In this document: positions 34,219 to 45,582 of the stretch, piece after piece
Position numbering within the stretch: the first letter of the stretch is position 1
Layout of the letters: every line of letters starts with the position of its first letter
DNA from: Piedraia hortae CBS 480.64
Taxonomy: Eukaryota
Length of the DNA stretch: 64,000 bases
Direction of reading: 5' to 3'
NCBI GenBank assembly: GCA_010093745.1
Contig: MU005967.1
Location: 62,001-126,000 of the forward strand
Made by a program: the position numbers and the translations under genes
The notes under the pieces: model-generated
The model's database searches: none
What the model saw: only the letters and a program-made list of their open reading frames with translations
What the model was told of the DNA's origin: nothing

Positions 34219-35976
34219 GGTGGCGGATTGGTCAGGAGGCCCCTTAGACCTCTGCGGTTGCCCTTCCACGGCTCCCTCTTCGGCTTGGTTGGCTTTTTTG
34301 GCTTCCCGCTTTTTCTTGTTCTTGGCTGCTGCCTTGCTGAGGTTTTCATCGCCATCCGGTGTGAGGCTGACTCCGCCGGTTGGCAAGGCACCAGGGGGCA
34401 GGCGAGACTCCAGACCTTCAGAGCCAGGAACGAAGCGGCGTCTGTTGTACGCAACCCCGTTGGGTCCTTCTTTGCTCGGCGAGGATCGCACAAAAGCGGC
34501 TCCGCCCTGATCTTCACGTTTAAAGGCAAGAGGAGTAGCCGTTCCTCTAGCCCCAGGAGGACGATAGGCACCGGCTGGCTTGGAAGGCGTCTTGACCTTG
34601 CTGAGATATTCCAAAGCCGAAGCGTGCGGCGCCCCAACCTGCTTCAACGGCTCCTTCAACGGATGCTGCGTGGTGGACTGGGGACGCCAGGCAACGTGGT
34701 ACAGCTCGTTCATCTCCTCATTGTACATCAAGCCACCGCCGACGTGCCAGATGCGAATGCAATTGTCTACGCGCAGTCGCGGGCTTGTCGTCGCCGTCAT
34801 GATGTGCTTGCCATCGGGGCTCCACGTGCAGATGCTTGTGTTGCTGCCCTCGATGGTGCACACATTGGCATAGTTTTTCTCCAAGTCGTAAATGTCCATC
34901 TTGCCGGCCAAGTTTCCGAAGCCTGCGACGATGACGAAGCGGCCATGCGGCGAAAAAATGATGGTATTACGCGGACCCAGGGGGAAATCGTGCTGGGGAA
35001 TGGCGCGGGCGTTGAAGATGGTCGTCTTGGCCGGCATGTAGCCGTAGACGACGCCAAACTCGTTGGAATTGGGCGACCAGGACACGTCGTGGATCGGACC
35101 CTCCTTGTCAAGCTGGATGCGCGAATCAAAGCCGCCGCTGGCCGAAAGGATGTACATGTTGGTCTCGCCATAGTAGCTCTTGTTGCTCTTGTCGACGTCC
35201 GTCTGGGCCAGCACAATGAGGCTGGTGCCGTTCTGGTTCCACTTCAACTGCACCTTGTCGGCCTTGTAAAACGATTTTTGCGATACCGGCTGAGCAAACT
35301 GCGGCACGCTATAGACGCGCACCATCGCCGGCGCACCCTTTCGCTCCGGCACAAAGACTGCGACCGTGTGCGTCTTCCCAGGCGCGAGGGCAAACTCCGA
35401 CACGCCTTCCACACGCAGGCGATTCCAAGGCGTGGCGAGGTCATTGCTGCGGTAAAAGTGTACCTCGTTGGTGACGCAGCGGGCGCAAAACTGCTCGTCC
35501 CAACTGTACTGCAAGTTCCATCCCGTCTGACTCTTCTGCACGAACTGGCCAACGGGCTCCCGCTGCGGGCTCTTGTCAATGGTACGCCAGATCTTCAGAT
35601 TCTTGGTCGCATTGCCATCAGCATCTTTCGACGGACGCTGCCACGTAATCACATAAGTGCCATGATGCGAGAAATCCATCTCGTACACATTTTCCGCTGG
35701 CAGCGTCGTTACTTGGTGGCCCTCGGACGCCTCCACAACCACCACCTGCTCGGGCGACGCATATGCGAAGAAGCGACCATCTGGCGAGTAGACGCAGCAC
35801 CGGAGGTTACCCTCTGGTACCTTAAACCCAGACAACCGCTCGTACACGGGCGTCGCATCGACGAGGCCAATGTGCTTGGACGTTCGATCTGTAACGGTCA
35901 GCAAAAAAAAAAAGGCGCCCGCGGGGGGGGCGTTTAAAGTGTGCCACCTACAAGCAAATTGGGTAACTTGCGCCAT
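33967..35976 (-). CDS. eIF2A: Translation initiation factor eIF2A; 2 exons
   Basis: KSYYGET, KEGPIHDVSWSP, YGYMPA, AGFGNLAG, TSPRLRVDN and KKIRSLLKKLRAI motifs; in-frame 63-nt intron 35951-35889 gives MAQVTQFAYRTSK. Confidence 0.95.
34178..34216 (-). repeat. CAG microsatellite encoding a polyQ run in eIF2A
   Basis: (tgc)n run on the + strand, translating to Q13. Confidence 0.85.
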
Positions 35977-36550
35977 GGTAAAAATCTGTAGCTGTTGCTT
36001 GGAAAGCCCGAGTTCTGAATGCTATGGGCAGGATGAATAATTAAATCCACCCAGAAAGGTTTCTTGCCAGGATTCAGCTGGTTGTGGAGGTGAATGGTGC
36101 GTTGGCCCGTCAGAGACTGCCCACGTCCCAGCCCATGTGTCGGATTTTAGAGAGGGACGCTAAGCCCAGCCGGGATGTTTGTCGCGTCGGATGACTAAGT
36201 TAAAGTGCTGCCCAATGTATAGATATGCATGTGGTTATTACTGTTAAGCCGATTTGGGTAGAATTGGGCCAATGAAAGGTAGGCCAATAAAGACCTAGCC
36301 GTAGCGACCATGTGTGAGTCTACGAAAGCACATTCACCTGGGTTGTGCATCAGTTCCCTTGTGATTCTAGATGGTTAAGCCAACCAATCTACAAGACCAA
36401 CAAGATCGGCGGTCACTTATCAGGTAGAAAATTTGAAAGGCAAGAAGAAAGTGTTCCAAAGTAGAAAAAGTCGAATACCAAAAAGTAAGCGTGTTCTAGC
36501 GCAAGGCTTTCATTCGAAGACACAGACTAACATTTACAATCCAATAACTT

Positions 36551-36760
36551 GTGTCCATAGTTAGAACTATGTTTAATTTCAAAATAGTCGTGTTTATGAT
36601 TGGAAACTATGTTTATGTTCAGATAGTCGTATTTGTAGTTGCAAACTACCCTCATGTCCCAAAAGCCGTTTCCATAGTTGATATTATGTTTTGTGTTCAG
36701 CATTATCATGCTAATGATTAGAAACTATGTTCTATGTTCAAAACAGCCGTGTCCATGAAT
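36551..36760. repeat. Degenerate AT-rich tandem repeat, about 5 units of 39-41 bp
   Basis: Units start at 36551, 36590, 36629, 36668, 36708 and 36749 and share gtgt.cat.gtt...aactatgttt.tgttca...agtc/agcc. Confidence 0.7.
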
Positions 36761-37150
36761 GAAAATTTCATGTTTTTTATAAAGTCCCCTACTAAACGCG
36801 CCCGGATTTTCTGGGAATTTTCCCCATGACTTTTGCACCCCATCTCCCAACTCACGAGAAGTGCAACGAGACATGTTAGTGCTTTCACACGCAGCGCCAT
36901 ATCCACTTCACTCATGTTCGCTCTACTCCCTGTAATTCTAACAATGGAACCGAGTAGCGGTGCGGATTCCCGACTCTCTGTCCATAAGAGACGGATAGCT
37001 TCTACTTGTCATGCCGCTGGGCATCAACATCGCCATGAATAATCTACCGCAGTTACATAACATCAACGATTGCTACCGAGTGACAGTATAATAAACACTT
37101 TTGCATTAGGCATAACATTAAAATACAGTCCCAACTGACAAACGGCGTAT

Positions 37151-40080
37151 TTACAATTCCTCCTTTGAAGTGGCTATCGCGGGTTCACTCTCCGGCTCCG
37201 GAGGATTGGGCTGCTCTCCCTTGTTTTCCTCGGCCACATTCATGTCAACAGGGGCTGGGGCTGGTGACTGACGAGCTTCCCTTTCCCCAGCCGTTGCAGG
37301 CTCAGGCGCTTCGGCAATGGTGCCTGCTCCCCCTTCCGTATGGCCATCACCGGGCTGCTGCGCTTCCTGGACTATATCATTGGCGAGCTCGTTTCCGGCC
37401 TCGTCTATGATGCGAGTTCGCGTCTCGTAGCGAGTGCTGAAGCTAACTTTTCCCACGAGTGCCTGAACTTCCTCTGCATCAAGCAGCCTACCGTTTTCGT
37501 CTCTGTACTCCACACGCTCCTCGGGTGCGTTGGGGTCCGATTCAAAGACAACGTCTTTGGGGTCCTCAGCTACAGGAGGTGGAGGGCCAGCAGCCGCTGG
37601 GTCAGTTGAATCCGCAGGTGATGGCGCACTCAAACTGTAGGCCGCATAGGTATCGTGGAACGTGTTGCAGTCCCAATCCCACTTTTCGAAAAGCTTGACA
37701 CGTTTGCACTCATTCTTGGTCCACATGTTGCCGTACGTCAAAGGAGCATAGAGCCCAAACACAATGATGCTGGCAGCCAGGAAAGCAACTGCCGTTGTCC
37801 TTCCAACGCCAGGCTTGTTCTTGAATGTTAGGTTATTAGGCAAGCTGATACGATTCATGACGTAGTCAAAAATTTGGCTAGTCGTCAAGATGGCAAAGTA
37901 CAATGCCGGGAAATAGTGGTGGAGAAAGAGTTGCCTAGTCATGTCAGCTTCAACAGAATTCAGATTTGCAAAACTAACCGTTTCATGAGGAAAAACGGAA
38001 AGAAGTGAAACGCCCAAGCGAGAACGCTTTGGCCGATCTCATAGTCAAACCGCTTAAAGATTACGTGCTGGTAATCGCCGCAGCTTCTCTGCCATCGAAG
38101 CACGGCCAATGCCTTAAAGGCAAGATATACTCCAATGGCAGCTGTGCTGGTCCACCAGATAAGGGGATTGCCAATGAGATAGATCTGGCGGTTGTGTTTT
38201 CCCCAAAAGTTGATGCCACGCTTCAAGACGGGCCACGAAGACGGACGGCTATCCCATGCGTGCGACTCAACCAAGCCAGCATTGGTAGCCCACATGACCT
38301 TTTGTAGCTCCCAAAACTTGCCAAAGAAGCCAGGGTTGCGGTAGTTTACCTTTTCGGCATCCTCTTTGAGCTGTGGATGTGCGTTGCTCTCAATATACCA
38401 GACACTGTTGGGTAGGGTGCCGCCACGAGCACAGGTAACCTCCTGCTGCTCAAAACCCCACTCGGGGAGCTTGACGGGGTGTGAGAAGAGCACGCACCCG
38501 GTCATGATGTGCACGAGTTTAAACTTGGTCTGTATTGTACGCAAACGATTCTTGGCCTCCTCTCCGTCAGACATGGACTTGACAATCTCAACTTTGAACA
38601 AGTCGTTGGCGTCGCCTTCGAAGCCTTCGTAGCCATACGCAGAAACCTCATTCTGCCAGTCAGCCTCGGTGATGGGCGGGCGTACATCATGCGAGTGGAC
38701 ACGGCGATCGGTTGTGATATGGTAGAGTTTGATTACGGAGCCATCCTTGACCCAATCCGGTTCGAGCGTGTCCCAAGCAAGAGGCCCTACAACAGAAGTA
38801 TTTCCTGTGGGATCAGCCGCCCAGTCGATTGGCTGCGTCTGGTTTTCGACAACAAAGACATTATTCTCATCCTTGTGCGGGTACAGCGTAATTTGTTGCT
38901 GCTTGGAACCTCCAGGATACATGTGGGCGTGAGAGTGCAGATAACCGCCCTGAGTGTTGTGGTGTCGAATGCTGATTCTCGACCCAAACGCCACGTCGGC
39001 CGGGACATCGGCCATCGACTTTGTGTTGAGCGTCGACTGGAACTCGGAGCTCATGAAACCGTCGCCCTCGCCGGGATTGACAAGACAGCGGAAGTGGATG
39101 GCAAACATGAGCAGATAGAAGGCAATGGGAATCACGATGAGGCAAAAGACACGGGCGAAAAAGTGCTTAAACCAGAGACGCGGCGAGACGTTTTCCGAAT
39201 CGCCCAGCAGCACCCACAGCTGGACAAGCGTCAAGGAACCGACCCAGGCGATGGTGAAGAGGCCGACCCACTTGACGCTCGCCGTGGCGCCTAGTCCGAG
39301 ACCCGTCATAGCCAGCCAGAACCACCACGACGGTGTGAAGGCGTAACGAGGACCCAGCTCTTGGCGGTTCGTGAAGCACACCCAGCTCAGTGCCGTCAGC
39401 GCCGTGAAGATGAGCAGCGGGCTGTCGAGCAGGATGAGCCGGCTTTGAGTAACCAGGCCGTTCTCAAAAATGACCATGGCTGCCCCCAAAGCAGCCGAGA
39501 TGCTCTTGCAGCCCATGGCCCGCAGCGTCAGGTATGCCGTGGGCACAAGCAGCACGCCCAACAGAGCCGGAAGCAGCCGCATGGCTACGTACGGCACGCC
39601 GGGTTCCAAGTAGTCTTTGCCAATGTCCTTGAAGTCAAAGTTGCCGTCGAATCCGGCGAGCCATCCGGCCAGGGTAATCAACAGCTTGGCCAGCGGAGGA
39701 TGAACGTCCATGAAGAACTTGCCCTTGATGTATTTGCTGGCAAACCCGCCAAAGTGCACTTCATCAAACACAACCGACGAGGGCTGGTAGATGCGGAAGA
39801 GGCGGACGGCGAGTGCGAGAAGCGTCAGGATCCCAATCGTCTCCCAGTCGCTGCGAGGCAGACGGCGAAGATCGTGATCGACAGCACCATCTGAGCCGTA
39901 GTTCTGGCCGTATCGAGGCTTCTTTGCCGGGGTGTCACGCCAGCTGTCAGACGTGTCCCATTTGCTAGACATCTTGTTCTGCCAATCGTCAGACGCATTG
40001 TACGAGACGCCGCTCCTGGTCTGGCCAGCGGCAGAATCCAGGTCAACACTCCCTAGCGAGCCCTTGATGTTGGACTCCAT
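37151..40080 (-). CDS. PMT1: Dolichyl-phosphate-mannose protein O-mannosyltransferase, PMT1 subfamily; 2 exons
   Basis: VVFDEVHFGGFA, FMDVHPPLAK, MIR domains, WGFEQQEV; intron 37978-37935 gives LMKRQLFLHHYFPAL; acidic C-terminal extension. Confidence 0.94.
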
Positions 40081-40912
40081 GGTGTATCAGCAATGTGCAG
40101 AACCGGAAGTCATGCCCTTCGTTTTCGTCGCGCAGGAGCACCTTGATGCAAAGTGGCCGTTGCGGATCTACCCGTCCACGTGAGGCTGTATTCCCGAAAA
40201 GGAAGGCCACGCCAAAGCAACCAGCATTGCGACTGCCAGACAATCAGAACTACAGTCATCGCTGCATAGTCTGGCTGATATATGCAGCCTAAGAATGGCT
40301 TTTAAAACGGTTGCAGTCCTCTGTGGCTTGGACTGCCCCCGTCGAATGGTCGCAGCTCCAACCACAGGTGCATAAAAACTTTTAAATTCTGGCAAAAGCA
40401 AGGAAATCATCGCCCGGCGGTAGATAACGGATGAGATACCGTTCGGCCATATTGCCATGAATGCCATCCAGTTCAAAGGCGCCTACTTTAAGTTACCCAC
40501 ACCACCCAGGTTACGACTTTACAACACCGACAAACAAAACTGCCCAACCGGAAAGGTTCCGAAATTGAAGACGGTGTATGCAATTGCTCACAATTTTGAG
40601 AGGAAATTTTTGTTATAGGGTTCAGACGCCTTGCCAACCGCGGTCCGGGATTTCTTTAGTGATAACTACTCTCCCCAATAGCTAGTGGCTCCACATACAC
40701 TGGAGCATGATGCATGTTAACAAGGCTCATCCCAATCGGTTCGTGTCAAAGCATGTGGTCTGTGAATCTACTCCGACCTGCAGGCGAATCCTGCCCATGA
40801 GGCTGCTGGACCCGAAGTCTGACCCTCGCCGAACCTTAACCTTCCAAAAACATTAAACAGGCTCACACACTGCAAAGCTTACCCCGAACTAACCACACTA
40901 AACAATTTTACA

Positions 40913-41810
40913 ATGGAAATCCTCACACATTTGGCGGATCATCGCGCTCTGGTGTGCTGGAAATGACCTCGTTCTGCATAACATCCAGAAGCATGTTAAC
41001 AAGTAGCATCTGAATTGGTTCACCTCCAAGGATGCAGTGCGTTAATTCGTTTGTGGACTGCGGGCGAATCCGGCGACGCGGCTGCTCGACCCCAGATCGG
41101 TGCAGATCGTTTACCCTCCTCCGCTATGTTCCCAGCTCCCGGGCCTTGAGGTTCAGGAGGGGTTTGGATGCAAAAAGTGCAACTGGGGCTGCACCAATAC
41201 CGAGTCTATGCATCAGTATTGGAACAAGGAACACGTTGCCGAATTCAGCTCATGGGCCCACTTGCAGCACGTCGGGGCCTTGCCGTGGGAGCCGTCGTAG
41301 CTGCAGAGGTTTTTCAAGGCCGGGAAAGGATCGAACAGCTTTAGGGTGCAGAATGTGCACGTGGCATCCAGCCACATCCCGCCTCAAGCTCTATCGCTAC
41401 AAGAAGCCGTCGAGCAACAGCTCGATGCGCGGGAGGTTGCAAGCCCTCGCGTCGACTCTGACTTGCCAAAGACCGAGAGGTCTGTCTGGCACGAACGAAC
41501 TGGGCTCTTGCAGGCTCTGCATGGGAAAGACTAGCAGAGCGTGGTAGGGATTGCGTCTCCAGTGAATGTTGACGGTGAGCCCGAACTTTGGGCAGTTTTG
41601 TGCGGCCTTGGCCGAGTCGTCGACTCGGCCAAGGAAATCATCTCAACTGACCGATTGAACCCATTCGGTCAGCAGATGATAAACAGCTACCTCGCCGATG
41701 TCAAACTGTATATTTACCTCATAAACATCAGCTTGTCGGCAAAGACTTGGCGAAGATATGTTGGCTGCTGGCAACAATTGTTGTGCTTTGTGCGTTACGA
41801 AAGTTACTAG
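40913..41810 (+). pseudogene. Decayed DUF3505/OrsD-like zinc-finger gene of the kind found in telomere-linked-helicase/mobile contexts
   Basis: Fragments HRALVCWK*, LPGLEVQEGFGCKKCNWGC...MHQYWNKEH, SVWHERTG and TWRRYVGCWQQLLCFV, interrupted by stops and frameshifts. Confidence 0.6.
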
Positions 41811-41899
41811 TTCCGCTATTGTCGCAGATTTATACCTCACTAAAAGATGATACGACACGTCCCACGCAGACCGTCAGCACTACTTATTGACTGACTCGC

Positions 41900-42340
41900 T
41901 TGTATCGGACCATCCTATATGTAAAGCACAAACCCAGTTGGATCTAGGCTATGAAGGCGTTGATGAAGTGGGACAAATGGCAATGGCTTGGAAGGAAACC
42001 CCCAAACAACTTCTAGCAAACAGTTATGCGCCTGGCTGCTATCCAACATCTCATGAAGGCCATGTGCTTGATAGCCGAAGGTGCCATCGTATTCTCGACT
42101 CGTACCACACCATCATTCACGGCCAAATAGTTACTCGTCGATCTGAAACTCACAGCAATCAGCATGACCGAAGGGTGAAGGAATGGCGGAACATCGACGG
42201 CAAAATTTCCAATACCGATCATCCAGAAGCAAATGACTTGTCAGAACATTTCATCAGAACTGTTTCCACCATGTTCCATCCGGAAACGAATGGATAAATG
42301 GAACTTTTTAACCAGGAAGTTGTAACCTACCTGCAATTCA
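41900..42340 (+). mobile_element. Degenerate Ty3/gypsy integrase remnant
   Basis: STMFHPETNG*MELFNQEVVTYL matches the integrase STxxHPxTDGQxERxNQ motif; the upstream HGQIV..ISNTDHPEAND is a weaker match. Confidence 0.65.
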
Positions 42341-43930
42341 CACATTGCAGACTCCTATCTGCAGGGTTCACAAGTGATTATACATGCTTTTCATGGACTG
42401 CTGCCGCCTGTGCCTGAAGTAGTCATGCAGGACGCACCTAGCCCGTAGTTCTTCATGCAAACTGCAACGACCCGGTAACTACAGACATGACGTTGTAGAG
42501 AAGTGAAACGATCTTGTTTGCGTCCGGCGCAAGGGGTGTAAAGATGTAAATAGTGATCTCCCGCTGGCCGGGAGAGATATCAAAAGACTTTTGTATTGTC
42601 TCCGAAATCTACGTTTGGCAGAATCTTGCGAGTTACAGAGGCAAACAGCTAATACACCACTTACCGTTGAGGGAACCTCGCTTCATACACAACGATATCA
42701 GAAATTATTAATAAGTAATTAAAGGGGTTTCAAAATTGCAGGTCATGGACGGGGACAAAATTGATGGAATTGAAGAGATGGTAGACAATCTCCAGATGGA
42801 CAAGGCAGGCCTTACAGAATTTACTGCCTCCGCTCTGTTTCAAAGTTTCCAAGCGGAACTTGTCATTTCGCACTTTGCCATATGCCGTCGTACAATGAGC
42901 GACGCAGAGATCAAAGAGGACCTGCAACGTTTGGTCATAATTGGTATCGTAATGGGTGACTTTAACGAGCACAACTCCAGACGGATCTCACCAGAGGGTG
43001 CAAGGAAGGGTATGGAGCTGATTAAAATGTATTGCATCAAGATGGGATCCGGCAAGAAAGACTACCGGGCTAGAATATCGCCATTCCTAGGATTTTCGCC
43101 TCTTTTCCAATCTTGACTACCAAGATGATTCTTATCGCGACTCCAAAAGAGTACAGTAATGAGCGGATGGGCAGCTCTCTCCCAGTTTGCATAAAGGCCT
43201 CCGTATTTCCGTCCCTGGTCCCCACAGACACCGATAAAAGTGCTATCTGGACACTCCTGTCTCTGTACAACGCCTTTGCCTCTGAGCGAACTAAAGTCAT
43301 CCAGAGCAAATGAGTCCCGTCAGCATCACTCTATGGTGATCAGATGCGTTACACCAATATCTCCTTCAATAGCACCCAGCCTCCCGAAGACCACAAGAAA
43401 AGATTTTTCAAGACATTTGTGTTCCGCTATGAAGGCTTTCGTCGTGTCTGGGACGTATTGCTACAACAGCAACTGGTCACTGGCTCGTTGATATTAATGG
43501 AGCATTTCAAAACTGCTGATGGCATGTCATCTTCCGATGATCTGAGCAATCCTTTGCCAACCGCACAGGGACATCCTGCAGGAGGGCCTGTTCAGACCTA
43601 TAATTCCGCCTAACACAGCTCCTAGGCTGTGCAAGAGATATCCATTTGTATGAGAGGGCTTCAAAGCAGAGCCTTGTTCTTGACGACAGTTAGTTAGGAC
43701 GAGGTTTGTCAATTTTCACATTAAAGGTTGAGCTGTAACGTCGAGATGACCCGAGTCCATCCCACGAATAACCCGTCACTGTAAGCTCCACAGGCGGACC
43801 GCAGAAATCGTGACCCCCATTCCCAAAAAGGCAACAGCCTGCGTGCGCCAAGCCCCCCTCCAAACTTTGTCAACCGCTAACCCTAATCCAGCTCATTAAC
43901 CTCACCTAAAATCCATACCTTGCCCATGAA

Positions 43931-44865
43931 ATGGCCGCGCCGACCACAACCACCCTAAACGATGAGAGCTTCCTCTCACAGGTTCCCAAAGGAACGATCC
44001 TCCCCCCACACAACCAGCGCGAGATCATCGAAACCACAGCTGGGTACGTCGCGCGCAACGGGGCCTCGTTCGAAGAACGCCTGCGCAAATCGCAGAGCAA
44101 CTCCAAAGTCGCCTTTCTTGACCCAGGGGATGCCTACCACCCGTACTACCAATGGCGCCTAAGCGAAATAAAAGCCGGACGCGGAACAGCAACCAGCGCC
44201 GGACGCGCACACGAAACCGGCGCCACCGGAGTCAGCAGCAAAGGCCGGGAAGCGCGCAAGGGGCCCGAGAAACCCCCCGATTTCTCTTTTAGCACGCGGA
44301 TGCCCAATATTAGCGCTCAAGATCTCGAAATCGTAAAACTAACAGCCCTCTTCGTTGCCAAAAACGGCCGTGGCTGGATGGCACAGCTATCCCAGAAAGA
44401 AGCGGGGAATTTCCAGTTCGACTTCCTCCGTCCTCAGCATACTCTTTACGCATTCTTCAGCAGGCTCGTGGATCAGTATCAGGACCTGCTGCTTAGCAGC
44501 CAGACGCAGACGAAACGCATCGCAGAGTTAGAAGCGAACGTCACAAATCGCTTCCACGTCCTCGAACGCGCAAAGACCCGCGCTGAATGGCTCAAGTACC
44601 AGGAAACCCAAAAACTCGCCCGCGAGGAAGAAGAGGAGAAGGAGCGGATAGCTTTTCACTCAATCGACTGGCAGGATTTCGTAGTCGTGGAAACCGTCCT
44701 CTTCGAGCCTGCAGATGAGGACGCGAATTTGCCTGCTCCACCCACAAAAAACGACATCCAATCCGCCAGCCTGGAGCAGAAAGCAGCAATGTCAATCAAC
44801 CCTGCTATGAGAATCGAAGAGGCGATGCCGACCTTCGAGCAGGTAAATTTGACGCATCGGCCTTC

Positions 44866-44896
<31 letters not shown>

Positions 44897-45310
44897 TTTA
44901 CCCCGGCGCAGCAGTCCTTCCCGCAGCAGCCTTCCCTCGCAGCTATGCCCCCGCCCCCGCAGCCGCAACCCTCCCAGACCGTGCCGCAGCAACCCTCCCC
45001 CTCTCCCATGCAACAGCAGCAAGACGTCAAAATCCGCCCAACAACAGAATCCCCCATCCCCCGCGCGCAAAAGAAAAACACAAGCGTAATGTTAATCTGT
45101 CCGAGATGCAACCAGCCCGTGGCGAGTGATGAGATGAATGAGCATATGAGGATTGAAATGTTGGATCCGAGATGGCAGGATCAGAATAGGATTGCGATGC
45201 AGAGGTCTGCGACGACGAACCTGAGTACCGCCGACATGGCGGGGAATTTGAAGAGGTTGGCGAGTCAGAGGGGGGATGTTTTCGACAATGATGGGAGGAA
45301 GAGGAGGTAA
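43931..45310 (+). CDS. PRP21: U2 snRNP SF3a subunit Prp21/SF3A1
   Basis: Two SURP domains (IIETTAGYVARNG; IVKLTALFVAKNG..QFDFL), IDWQDFVVVET and HMRIEMLDPRW motifs; internal polyQ. Confidence 0.95.
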
Positions 45311-45582
45311 TGCATAGAAATCATCGGCTCTTGGTTTTGTCGTTTTTTTTTCTTATTGGGTTTCGTGTTGACTGTGTACGATTGATCATCTAGCTGTATA
45401 CGTAGCCATACCTATAGGTTCGACGGTGCACTGTGTTGAGACTTGCGGGTTGAAGTGGGGTGTTAGTTTCATTTTAGCTGTCCTATTGCAGCTCGAATTT
45501 TCATAGTACAGAACTCGTTCTTACAAGGGGAATCATGTACATCATCTACCCCCCATTCATCTAAAACCCCCTGCCTGTCTAT

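Noticed and set aside
33988..35937. 649-aa antisense ORF over eIF2A
   Set aside because: It mirrors the sense frame, starts at a non-ATG codon and has no motifs; expected from codon bias that avoids TTA/CTA/TCA.
35900..35940. Hairpin plus U-tract resembling a bacterial intrinsic terminator
   Set aside because: It lies inside a spliceosomal intron, where the U-run is better explained as the pyrimidine tract before the branch site.
36551..36760. CRISPR-like array
   Set aside because: The units are contiguous and degenerate with no unique spacers, the context is eukaryotic, and there are no cas genes.
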